64,000 nucleotides of DNA, taken from NCBI GenBank assembly GCA_035463115.1, contig DATHTO010000090.1:8126-72125 (forward strand), read 5' to 3'. A program made the position numbers and the translations under genes. The DNA is from Actinomycetota bacterium (lineage in GTDB: Bacteria; Actinomycetota; UBA4738; HRBIN12). This document shows positions 20,663 through 28,661 of this stretch, one piece after another. The notes under the pieces are model-generated. The model saw nothing but the letters and a program-made list of their open reading frames with translations. It searched no databases and was not told the DNA's origin. The stretch's first letter is position 1; each line of letters starts with the position of its first letter.

Positions 20663-21709
20663 TCACGTTCCCTCCGCGATCCACGACGGCTCGTCGAGCT
20701 CCGCGCTCGCGAGCACGATCCACCGCATCCGGCCGAGCGCAGCCGGATCCACGAGCAGCGTCGCTCGGCTGCGATCGGACCACGTTCGCACCGCCTCGAT
20801 CCCACGGCCGTCGGCGAGCTGGGCGCGCTGGCGGGCGAGCTCGTCGCGGAGCCACGACTCGAACCCCAGCGCGCCGAGCGCCTGCCGTTGCGAGATCGGC
20901 CCGAACGCCTGGAGCCCGGCGCCACGTGCCCGTGCCGCCACCAGCGAGAGATCCACGCCTGACGTGATGTCGGCGGAGCCCGGATCGCGGATGACGTCGC
21001 CGACGACCCGATGCCGCCGGTAGCCGTGGATCGCGCCGCCGGTCGTTCCGAGGTCGCCGTAGTCGACGAGGAGCGCGAAGCCGGGGTCGATCATCGTCGC
21101 GACGCGGTCGACGAACGCCGAGATCCCGACGGGCACGACGACGTCGCCGTCGGCGGCCGCGACCGCCGCCATCTCCGCCCGGAGGTCGTCGTCGATCGCG
21201 ACGAGCTCTTCGTGCAGGCCGTCGCCATCGGTGGCGATCCTCACCTCGCGATCGCCCCGCACCACGCGGAAGGGCAGGTTGTCGAGCACCTCGTGGGCGA
21301 GGACCACATCGGCGCGGGGTGGCGCCTCGCTCGCCACCTCGATGCGTTCGATCGACGCGAGCGACGTGCGCGCTCCCGCCGAGATCTCCACGGCCGTGTA
21401 CCGCGACGGCACGTCATGGAGCGATCCGAGGATCTGGCGAGCGAGGGTCCCGTCGCCCGCGCCGACCTCGACGACGTGGAAGGGCTCGGGCGAGCCGAGC
21501 GACGTCCACAGCTCGCGCAGGGCACGCGCCATCAGCTCGCCGAAGACGGGGTGCACGTGGGGACTCGTGACGAAGTCCCCCGACGCGCCGATCGGCGGCT
21601 GCTCGTAGAAGCCTCCCGATCCGTACAGCGCGAGCTCCATGAACTCCGCGAACGTGATCGGCCCGTGGTCGTCGATCGCCGCGCGGATCACCGAGGGGAC
21701 GTCGCTCAC
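20663..21709 (-). CDS. SAM-dependent methyltransferase, DUF185 / NDUFAF7 (MidA)-like
   Basis: 348 aa. ITFAEFMELALYGSGGFY, GDFVTSPHVHPVFGELMA, VVEVGAGDGTLA. Confidence 0.8.
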   Translation of the reverse strand: MSDVPSVIRAAIDDHGPITFAEFMELALYGSGGFYEQPPIGASGDFVTSPHVHPVFGELMARALRELWTSLGSPEPFHVVEVGAGDGTLARQILGSLHDVPSRYTAVEISAGARTSLASIERIEVASEAPPRADVVLAHEVLDNLPFRVVRGDREVRIATDGDGLHEELVAIDDDLRAEMAAVAAADGDVVVPVGISAFVDRVATMIDPGFALLVDYGDLGTTGGAIHGYRRHRVVGDVIRDPGSADITSGVDLSLVAARARGAGLQAFGPISQRQALGALGFESWLRDELARQRAQLADGRGIEAVRTWSDRSRATLLVDPAALGRMRWIVLASAELDEPSWIAEGT

Positions 21710-21789
21710 GAGGCCAGTATCGGGCAGGGTGACGCCGACGCCCTTCGTGTGCCCGGAGCGTTCCGCGGACCTGACAGGATGGGCATCCG

Positions 21790-22440
21790 ATGGGCGCGGA
21801 CGACATCCGGAAGGCGGCCAGCGTGATCGCGACGCGCGAGAGCGAACACGGTCCCGAGGTCCTCGTCGTCGAACGGAGCGCTGCCAGCCGGTTCCTCCCC
21901 GGATACGTCGCGTTCCCCGGCGGCGCCGTCGACGTCGACGACGCTGCCCTTGCGGGACGCTGGTTCGGTGACGTGACCGAGGCGGCCCGCGCCGCGGCGA
22001 TCCGCGAGCTGATCGAAGAGACGAGCGTCGCGGTGACGGCCGGCGGCGCGCGTCTCGCGACCGACCCGGATCCGCTCGCTCGCGTCGACGTCGATCCCCC
22101 TCCTGCCGCGATGCTCCACGAGATCGCTCGCTGGATCGCGCCGGAAGAGGTTCCCGTCCGGTTCGACGCTCGCTACTTCGCGGTCGCGGTCGACCACGGC
22201 GTGGACCCCGTCCCCGACGGTGGCGAGACGGCCGCGGCGTGGTGGGTCTCGCCGAGCGCGCTCCTCGAGGAGTGGTCCCGAGGCTCGCGGAAGCTCTACT
22301 GGCCGACCTGGCTCACTGTGCACGAGCTGGCGCCGTGCGCGTCGGTCGAGGCGCTGCTCGCGCTGCGGATGGAGACGCGCGAGCCCGATGACGACGAGGT
22401 CGCGACGATGCCGCCGTCGGTCTTCTCGCAGGATCGATGA
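21790..22440 (+). CDS. NUDIX hydrolase
   Basis: 216 aa. Nudix box-like GGAVDVDD...AAIRELIEETSV. Stop overlaps the next start (ATGA). Confidence 0.8.
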   Translation: MGADDIRKAASVIATRESEHGPEVLVVERSAASRFLPGYVAFPGGAVDVDDAALAGRWFGDVTEAARAAAIRELIEETSVAVTAGGARLATDPDPLARVDVDPPPAAMLHEIARWIAPEEVPVRFDARYFAVAVDHGVDPVPDGGETAAAWWVSPSALLEEWSRGSRKLYWPTWLTVHELAPCASVEALLALRMETREPDDDEVATMPPSVFSQDR

Positions 22441-23813
22441 TCCGGATCGAGCGGATCTTGGCCCCGAACCCGAGCGTGTACACGCTCGACGGGACGAACA
22501 CGTGGGTGATCGGGCGCGATCCCTCGGTGGTGATCGATCCCGGGCCGGAGATCGGCGAGCACCTCGACGAGGTCGCGCGGGCGGCGGGTCGGGTCGCGCA
22601 CGTCCTCGTGACGCACGATCATCCGGATCACGCGCCCGCGGCCGCGAGCTTCGCCGCGCGTGTCGGGGCGCCGCTCGCGGCCGCGAAGCTCGCCGGCGCG
22701 GCGGCGCTCCGGGACGGCGCGACGTTCCGTGCCGGCGACGACGTGGAGCTCGTTGCCGTCGCCACGCCGGGTCACACGCCGGACCACGTCGCGTTCTGGA
22801 TCGCGTCGGAACGTGCGCTCTTCACCGGTGACGCCGTGCTCGGGCGCGGCACGAGCGTGATCGATCCGCCCGAAGGAGACCTCGGCCGCTACGTCGTCTC
22901 GCTGCGCTCGATGCTCGCGCTGGCACCGCGGACGATCTACCCGGGGCACGGCCCGGTCGTCGCCGACGCGCGCGCGAAGCTGCAGGAGTACCTCGACCAT
23001 CGAGCCGATCGCGAGCGGCAGATCGTCGAGAGCGTGGCGGACGGCCCGATCGCGATAGACGACCTCGTCGAGCGGGTGTACGCCGGATATCCGCGCGACG
23101 TCCTCCCGCTCGCGGCGCGCTCCGTCCTCGCGCATCTGAAGAAGCTCGAGACGGAGGGACGCGTCGAACGTCTCGGCCGTGGCGACGCCGCTCGATGGAC
23201 GATCGCCGATCCCCGCGCGTGCGCCCGATGCGGCCGCCCGGTCCAGAGCCGCGCTCGCTACTGTCCGGCGTGCAACCTGATCCTGCTGCAGGAGGCGGCG
23301 CCGCCGTCGCGGCGCGACGATCGTGCTCCCGTGGTCGAGCTCGTCGCCGTCGACGGCGATCGCGAGGCATACGTCCCGTCGTTGGCGGAGGCCGACGAAG
23401 AGGTCGCGGTCCGTGGATACCTGGACGAGGGGGAGCTGCTCGAGATCCGAGCCGACGGCCGGCCGGTCGGCGTGGTGCTCCTGTTCGACGACGCGACCAC
23501 CACCGAGATCAAGAACATCGCGATCGCCGAGGGCCACCGGCGGGCGGGCGTCGGACGGGCCACGATCGACCGCATCGTCGAGCGCGCCGTTGCAGCGGGG
23601 GCCGACCGCGTGATCGTCGGCACGGCCGAAACGAGCCACGGCACGATCGCGTTCTACCGCTCGTGCGGCTTCAGGGACGCCGGTCGCCGGTTCGGGTTCT
23701 TCGACGCGTACCCCGAACCGGTGGTCGAGGACGGCGTGCAGGCTCACGACATGGTCATGTTCGAACGGCGGCTCGGTCCGCGCGGCGACGGACCGACCGA
23801 AGCCGACCGCTGA
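22437..23813 (+). CDS. fusion protein: MBL-fold metallo-hydrolase + winged-helix/zinc-ribbon linker + C-terminal GNAT acetyltransferase
   Basis: 458 aa. HxHxDH variant THDHPDH. LACTB2-like C-terminal wHTH (LAHLKKLETEGRV). CARCGRPV...YCPACN zinc ribbon. GNAT motif A GHRRAGVGRATI. Confidence 0.8.
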   Translation: MIRIERILAPNPSVYTLDGTNTWVIGRDPSVVIDPGPEIGEHLDEVARAAGRVAHVLVTHDHPDHAPAAASFAARVGAPLAAAKLAGAAALRDGATFRAGDDVELVAVATPGHTPDHVAFWIASERALFTGDAVLGRGTSVIDPPEGDLGRYVVSLRSMLALAPRTIYPGHGPVVADARAKLQEYLDHRADRERQIVESVADGPIAIDDLVERVYAGYPRDVLPLAARSVLAHLKKLETEGRVERLGRGDAARWTIADPRACARCGRPVQSRARYCPACNLILLQEAAPPSRRDDRAPVVELVAVDGDREAYVPSLAEADEEVAVRGYLDEGELLEIRADGRPVGVVLLFDDATTTEIKNIAIAEGHRRAGVGRATIDRIVERAVAAGADRVIVGTAETSHGTIAFYRSCGFRDAGRRFGFFDAYPEPVVEDGVQAHDMVMFERRLGPRGDGPTEADR

Positions 23814-24433
23814 AGGCCCGGCCCGACGAGCTGGAGCGGCGTCCGGACGATGTAGCGCCCCCGACGCACGACATCGATCGCCTGACGGGCGACGAGGGCG
23901 CGGATCGCCCGGTTCGCCGTTTCGCGTGTCGTGCCGACCATCGCGGCGAGGTCGTCCTGCGTCAGCCGAAGGGGGATCAACACGCCTCCGGGCGCGGGAC
24001 GGCCCACCCGCGAGGCGAGATCACGCAAGCGCCGCTCGATCCTCGTGGTCACGTCGAGCCACGCGAGATCGGCGGCGAGGGCGACGGCGCGGCGCGCTCG
24101 CTCGTCGAGCGCCCGGGCGGCGGCGATGCCCGTCAGCGACCGGAGCCGGACGGGCGACATCGCGCGCACGGTGCAGGTGGCCAGCCCGCCCAGCTCACCG
24201 ACCGTCTGCGCCGGCCCGACGACGTCGACGAGGAGCTCATGACCGTCGACCGCGAGGGTCGACACGCGGAGCACGCCCGCTTCGACGTACGCGACGCCCG
24301 GCGCGGGCTCTCCCTGCCGACCGAACGTCTGGCTCGGCCGCAGGATCGTGAGGGGGAGCGGTTCGGCATCGCGCGGAAGCACGACCATCGGCACCACCCC
24401 TTCGGCGGCGACCCTAGCCGGCGGCGCCGACAT
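23744..24433 (-). CDS. Crp/Fnr family transcriptional regulator
   Basis: 229 aa. cNMP-binding beta-roll followed by the HTH LTQDDLAAMVGTTRETANRAIRAL. The 3' end overlaps the convergent MBL-GNAT gene by 70 nt. Confidence 0.75.
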   Translation of the reverse strand: MSAPPARVAAEGVVPMVVLPRDAEPLPLTILRPSQTFGRQGEPAPGVAYVEAGVLRVSTLAVDGHELLVDVVGPAQTVGELGGLATCTVRAMSPVRLRSLTGIAAARALDERARRAVALAADLAWLDVTTRIERRLRDLASRVGRPAPGGVLIPLRLTQDDLAAMVGTTRETANRAIRALVARQAIDVVRRGRYIVRTPLQLVGPGLQRSASVGPSPRGPSRRSNMTMS

Positions 24434-24519
24434 CGCCGTGGCCCGTCGGCTTCCGCCTGCGACGGAGGCGAGCTAGGCTGTCGCGGCCGGACCCGCATCG
24501 TCGACCAGGGGGAACGATC

Positions 24520-24942
24520 GTGGCCAACGTCAAGCTCGACAGCGTCCTCGCCGCCGTGCCGCTGTTCGACGGGCTGAGCAAGCGGCACGTGAAGCGACTC
24601 GCGGGGGTGGCCGACGTCGCCGAGTTCATGGCCGACGCCTCGATCGTCCGCGAGGGCGATGCCGGTGACGCCTTCTACGTCGTGCTCGCGGGCCAGGCGA
24701 AGGTCACGACGAACGGCAAGGTCGTCAACCGCGTGATGCCGGGTGACTACTTCGGCGAGATCTCGCTGCTCGACGGCGACGTTCGAACGGCGACCGTCAC
24801 CTCCGAGACGCCGATGACGCTGTTGATCCTGGAGCGGCCACGGTTCCTCAAGCTCCTGCGCGAGGAGCCGCAGATGGCGATGCATCTGTTGCAGGGGCTC
24901 GCTCGTCAGGTCCGCCGCACGACGCGTTCCCTCGTCGGCTGA
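24520..24942 (+). CDS. stand-alone cyclic-nucleotide-binding domain protein
   Basis: 140 aa, GTG start with GGGGGAAC upstream. LFDGLSKRHVKRL...GDYFGEISLLDGDVRTATV is a canonical CNB domain. No output domain. Confidence 0.8.
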   Translation: MANVKLDSVLAAVPLFDGLSKRHVKRLAGVADVAEFMADASIVREGDAGDAFYVVLAGQAKVTTNGKVVNRVMPGDYFGEISLLDGDVRTATVTSETPMTLLILERPRFLKLLREEPQMAMHLLQGLARQVRRTTRSLVG

Positions 24943-25004
24943 GCGTGCGCGCCCGGCCGGCGTAGCGCCCGGCCGGCGCAGCGCGCGGCCGGTACCCTTG
25001 GCGC

Positions 25005-25397
25005 GTGAAGGTCCAGTTCTTCCGAGCCGACGACGAGGAGCGAACGCCGCTCGCCGAGGTCGCCTGGGTCGACGGCGCGATCGAGGTCACGTCCGAGGAC
25101 GACGAGCTCGCGTCGGACCTGCGTCGTGCGTTCCGACGGATCCCGGTGGTGACCGACGATGCGGCGTTCCGTCGGCGCGGCACGTACGGCGAGGTCGTGC
25201 TGCAGCCCGGCGATCTGGAGTGGTTCCGCGCGGCGGCGCTCGTGCGGGCGACCGCCGAGACTGGGCTCGTCGCCACGATCGTTCCCGGCATCGCCGAGGG
25301 CGGCTTCGATCCTGCCGCCAACTACCGGCCGTTCGGCGAGCAGATGGAGCGGCTCGTCACGCGGTCGACCGATCGCGGCACCGACATCCGCCCGTAG
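25005..25397 (+). CDS. hypothetical protein
   Basis: 130 aa, GTG start, strong GC3 bias. No motif recognised. Confidence 0.55.
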   Translation: MKVQFFRADDEERTPLAEVAWVDGAIEVTSEDDELASDLRRAFRRIPVVTDDAAFRRRGTYGEVVLQPGDLEWFRAAALVRATAETGLVATIVPGIAEGGFDPAANYRPFGEQMERLVTRSTDRGTDIRP

Positions 25398-25403
25398 GCG
25401 GGG

Positions 25404-28400
25404 TCACGCGTTCTCGGCGAGCCAGGCACGCCCTGCCGGGCAGAACGCCTTGAAGTCGCAGTGGACGCACTGCATGCCGGGGATCGGGTCGAACATGCCG
25501 GCGCCGATCGCGTCGAGCGATGCGCCGATGCGCGCGCGGACCTCCGAGGGCTCGTCCATCGGACGGCTGACCTCCTCGCCGCTCGCGAGATAGACGTAGG
25601 TGAGCGTGAGGTCGACGTCGCGGCGACCCCAGATCTCGACGCAGGCGAGCCCGTACACGTCGAGCTGCAGCCGTGCGATCGGATCGTCGTCGTCGGGCCT
25701 GCGGCCGGTCTTCCAGTCGACGACCTCCCACGGGCCGTCGGGCTCGCCGTAGATCGCGTCGATGCGGCCGCCGACCGTGAAGTCGCCGAAGCGCAGGAGG
25801 AACGCCCGCTCCGCGAACAGCGGTGTGCGCTCCGCGAACCGGCCGTCGAGGAACGCGTGGCGCAGTCGTTCGACGCGGCCCGGATCGCCCGCGAGCTCTT
25901 CCTGGGTGATGTCGGGCGTGTCGGCGAGTTCGAGGAGCTGCCCTTGGCCGCTCGCGCGGCGCTCGATCCACCGGTGGATGTCGGTGCCGATGCGCGCCGC
26001 CGGGCCGCTGAACCGCGGGAGCGGTCGCACGTTCGACCAGTAGAAGCGCTTCGGGCAGCGCGCGTAATCGATCACGCCGCTCGCCGAGATCGACCGGGGG
26101 ATGCGTTCGCCGCCGAGCGTCGTGTCGGCGACCTCGCGTTCTCGGAGATGCGCCGCCAGGGCGCGGCGCTCGCCGACGACCACGTCGAAGGCGCCGCGGT
26201 CGTCGGGCGTCAACGCCTCGAGCAGCGTCGCCTGCACGCCGCCCTGCGTCACCGCGTCGACCGCCGCCCGACGCCATCCGTCGGGGAACAGGTCGTCGGT
26301 CTCGTCGCGCCGAGCGGGACCCGGCCAATCGCGCACGAGCTCGAGCCGGTAGCCCAGCATCGGGTTCTCCTCGTCGACGCTGTCGGCGACGGTGACGTCG
26401 GCCTCGCCGGAGCCGACCGCCCACGCCGAGAGCTCGCCGAAGAACGAGCTGGCGCCCTTCGCGCGGACGTTCTCGCCGTACCACTCCGACGCGCTGACGT
26501 GCAGCGTCTTGCGTGCGCGCGTGAGGGCGACGTACGCGGTCCGGCGTTCCTCGATGATCTCCTGCTGCTTCAGGTCCTCCTTGAAGTGCGACAGCGTTCC
26601 GTCGAACGTCGGCAGGATCGCCGCGTCGCCCCGCAGCTCGAAGTCGAGGGAATAGCCGCGCTCGGCGGGGTTCTGTTGGATCCGCGTCGACGGCAGCAGT
26701 CCGGTCGCCATGCCCGGCACGAACACGTGGTCGAACTCGAGGCCCTTCGCCTGGTGGATCGTCATCACCTTCACGGCGTCGTCGTCGGAGGGCTGGACGG
26801 TCTCCCAGTCCTCCTTCTCGAGCTCGATCACGCCTTCGACGTAGTCGAGGAACGCGCGGAGGGTGAGATCGCCTTCGAGCGGCTGGAAGGCGTGCACCTG
26901 ATCGAGGAACGCGGCGAGGTTCCGGGCGCGCTGCGTCGCGAGGGAACGGTCGAGATCGGCCTCGAGCTCGTCGACGACGCCGACCCGGCGGATCACCTCG
27001 CCGAGGAAGTCACCGACGGGCTGACGCGCCGCGAGGCGGAGCTCGCCGAGCTCGGCGCCGAAGGCCGCGAGCCGCTGACGAGCGTCGTCCGAGAGCCCCT
27101 CGATCTCGTCGAGGTGCTCGAGGGCCTCGGCGAGGAGGAACGGCGTTTCCTCGTCGTCCTCGCCGGTCTCGCGCCAGGCGTAGTTCTTCGCCTTCGCCCA
27201 GCCCGCGACCAGCGCGATGTCCTTGAAGCCGACGCGGTACCGCGGACCCGTCAGGATCCGCGCGAGGGCGACGCTCGCCATCGGATCGTTCGTCGCGCGC
27301 GCGTACGCCAGCACCTCGACGACCTCGGGCAGACGGAGGAGGCCGGCGAGCCCGACGATCTCGGCAGGGATGCCACGCCCGTCGAAAGCCTGCTGCAGCG
27401 CGAAGAACAACCGTGACGTGCGGCACAGCACGGCGACGTCGGACCACCGCGCGCCGGCGTCGTGCAGGGCGCAGATCTCGTCGGCGATCCACCGCGCCTC
27501 GGTGACCTCGTCGCGGTGCGTCGCGAGCGTCACCCCACCCTCGCCGTTCGCCGGCCACGGCACGAGCCGCTTGTCGGCAGGGCGGAGCCGTTGCGGGATC
27601 TCGCCGATGATCGTGTCGGCGGCGTGGAGGATCCGCGCCCCGCTCCGGAAGTTCGTGAACAGCGGGAGCTGCCGCGCCGGCTCGCCGTCGGCCGTGCGGA
27701 ACCGCTCCGGGAACTCGAGCAGGTTGGACAGCGACGCGCCGCGCCAGGCGTAGATGTTCTGGTCCGGGTCGCCGACCGCGGTGAGCGGATGGCCGCCGCC
27801 GAACAGCGCACCGATCAGCTGCGCCTGCGCGACGTTCGTGTCCTGGTACTCGTCGAGCAGGACCGCGTGGAACCGCTCGCGGTAGTCGCGGCCGACGTCG
27901 GGGTGGTCGGTCGCGATGCGCATCGCGATCTCGATCTGATCGCCGAAGTCGATCACGCCCAGATCGCGCTTCAGCCGTCGGTAGACGTCGACGGCGCGCG
28001 CGAGCTCGATCCGTTGCTGCGCCGCGGTGTACGCGCGGTCGGTCCGCAGCCCCCTCAACGCCTCGAGCCGCTCGAGGTTGTGCGCGACGATCGCGTCGGG
28101 CTCGACGAGGTGGTTCTGCGCCTGCTCCGCGAGCTTCAGGATCGAGTCGACGACCGTCGGCTGCCATTCGGTCTTGACGGCGTCGAAGTCCATCTCGTCG
28201 AGCACGCGACCGGCGAGCTCGACCCGTTGCGCCTGCGTGAGCACGCGCTGACCCGGCTCGACGCCCGCGAGCATGCCGTAGCGATCGATCACCTGCTGCG
28301 CCAGCCCGTGGTAGTTCAGGATCTCGGGCTCCTCGCCGTCGGGGAGGTCGACACCGGCGAGCGCGCGTCGGATCCGCAGGCGCAGGTTCTCGGTCGCCTT

Positions 28401-28661
28401 CACGGTGAACGTCAGGCACAGCAGGTTCCCGGGCAGGACGCCAGGCTGGTCTGCCTCGACGCGGCCGAGCGCGACGAGCGCGAGGTACACGACCCGCGCC
28501 GCGATCACGCTCGTCTTCCCGCTGCCGGCACCGGCGATCAGGACGGCCGGCTCGAGCGGGGCGGCGATCGCGTCCCACTGCTCCTCGGTCGGCGCGGCGC
28601 CGCCCATGGCGGTGCGGACCTCGGCGGGAACGTCGGCGCGCGGTCGCGTTCCGTCGTTCAC
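25404..28661 (-). CDS. adnB: AdnB-like helicase-nuclease subunit (UvrD-like motor + RecB-family nuclease)
   Basis: Start taken at GTG 28661, overlapping the upstream stop (GTGA). About 1085 aa. Walker A GAGSGKTS, DEYQDTN. C-terminal nuclease with C...CVHCDFKAFCP cysteine signature. Confidence 0.85.
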   Translation of the reverse strand: MNDGTRPRADVPAEVRTAMGGAAPTEEQWDAIAAPLEPAVLIAGAGSGKTSVIAARVVYLALVALGRVEADQPGVLPGNLLCLTFTVKATENLRLRIRRALAGVDLPDGEEPEILNYHGLAQQVIDRYGMLAGVEPGQRVLTQAQRVELAGRVLDEMDFDAVKTEWQPTVVDSILKLAEQAQNHLVEPDAIVAHNLERLEALRGLRTDRAYTAAQQRIELARAVDVYRRLKRDLGVIDFGDQIEIAMRIATDHPDVGRDYRERFHAVLLDEYQDTNVAQAQLIGALFGGGHPLTAVGDPDQNIYAWRGASLSNLLEFPERFRTADGEPARQLPLFTNFRSGARILHAADTIIGEIPQRLRPADKRLVPWPANGEGGVTLATHRDEVTEARWIADEICALHDAGARWSDVAVLCRTSRLFFALQQAFDGRGIPAEIVGLAGLLRLPEVVEVLAYARATNDPMASVALARILTGPRYRVGFKDIALVAGWAKAKNYAWRETGEDDEETPFLLAEALEHLDEIEGLSDDARQRLAAFGAELGELRLAARQPVGDFLGEVIRRVGVVDELEADLDRSLATQRARNLAAFLDQVHAFQPLEGDLTLRAFLDYVEGVIELEKEDWETVQPSDDDAVKVMTIHQAKGLEFDHVFVPGMATGLLPSTRIQQNPAERGYSLDFELRGDAAILPTFDGTLSHFKEDLKQQEIIEERRTAYVALTRARKTLHVSASEWYGENVRAKGASSFFGELSAWAVGSGEADVTVADSVDEENPMLGYRLELVRDWPGPARRDETDDLFPDGWRRAAVDAVTQGGVQATLLEALTPDDRGAFDVVVGERRALAAHLREREVADTTLGGERIPRSISASGVIDYARCPKRFYWSNVRPLPRFSGPAARIGTDIHRWIERRASGQGQLLELADTPDITQEELAGDPGRVERLRHAFLDGRFAERTPLFAERAFLLRFGDFTVGGRIDAIYGEPDGPWEVVDWKTGRRPDDDDPIARLQLDVYGLACVEIWGRRDVDLTLTYVYLASGEEVSRPMDEPSEVRARIGASLDAIGAGMFDPIPGMQCVHCDFKAFCPAGRAWLAENA

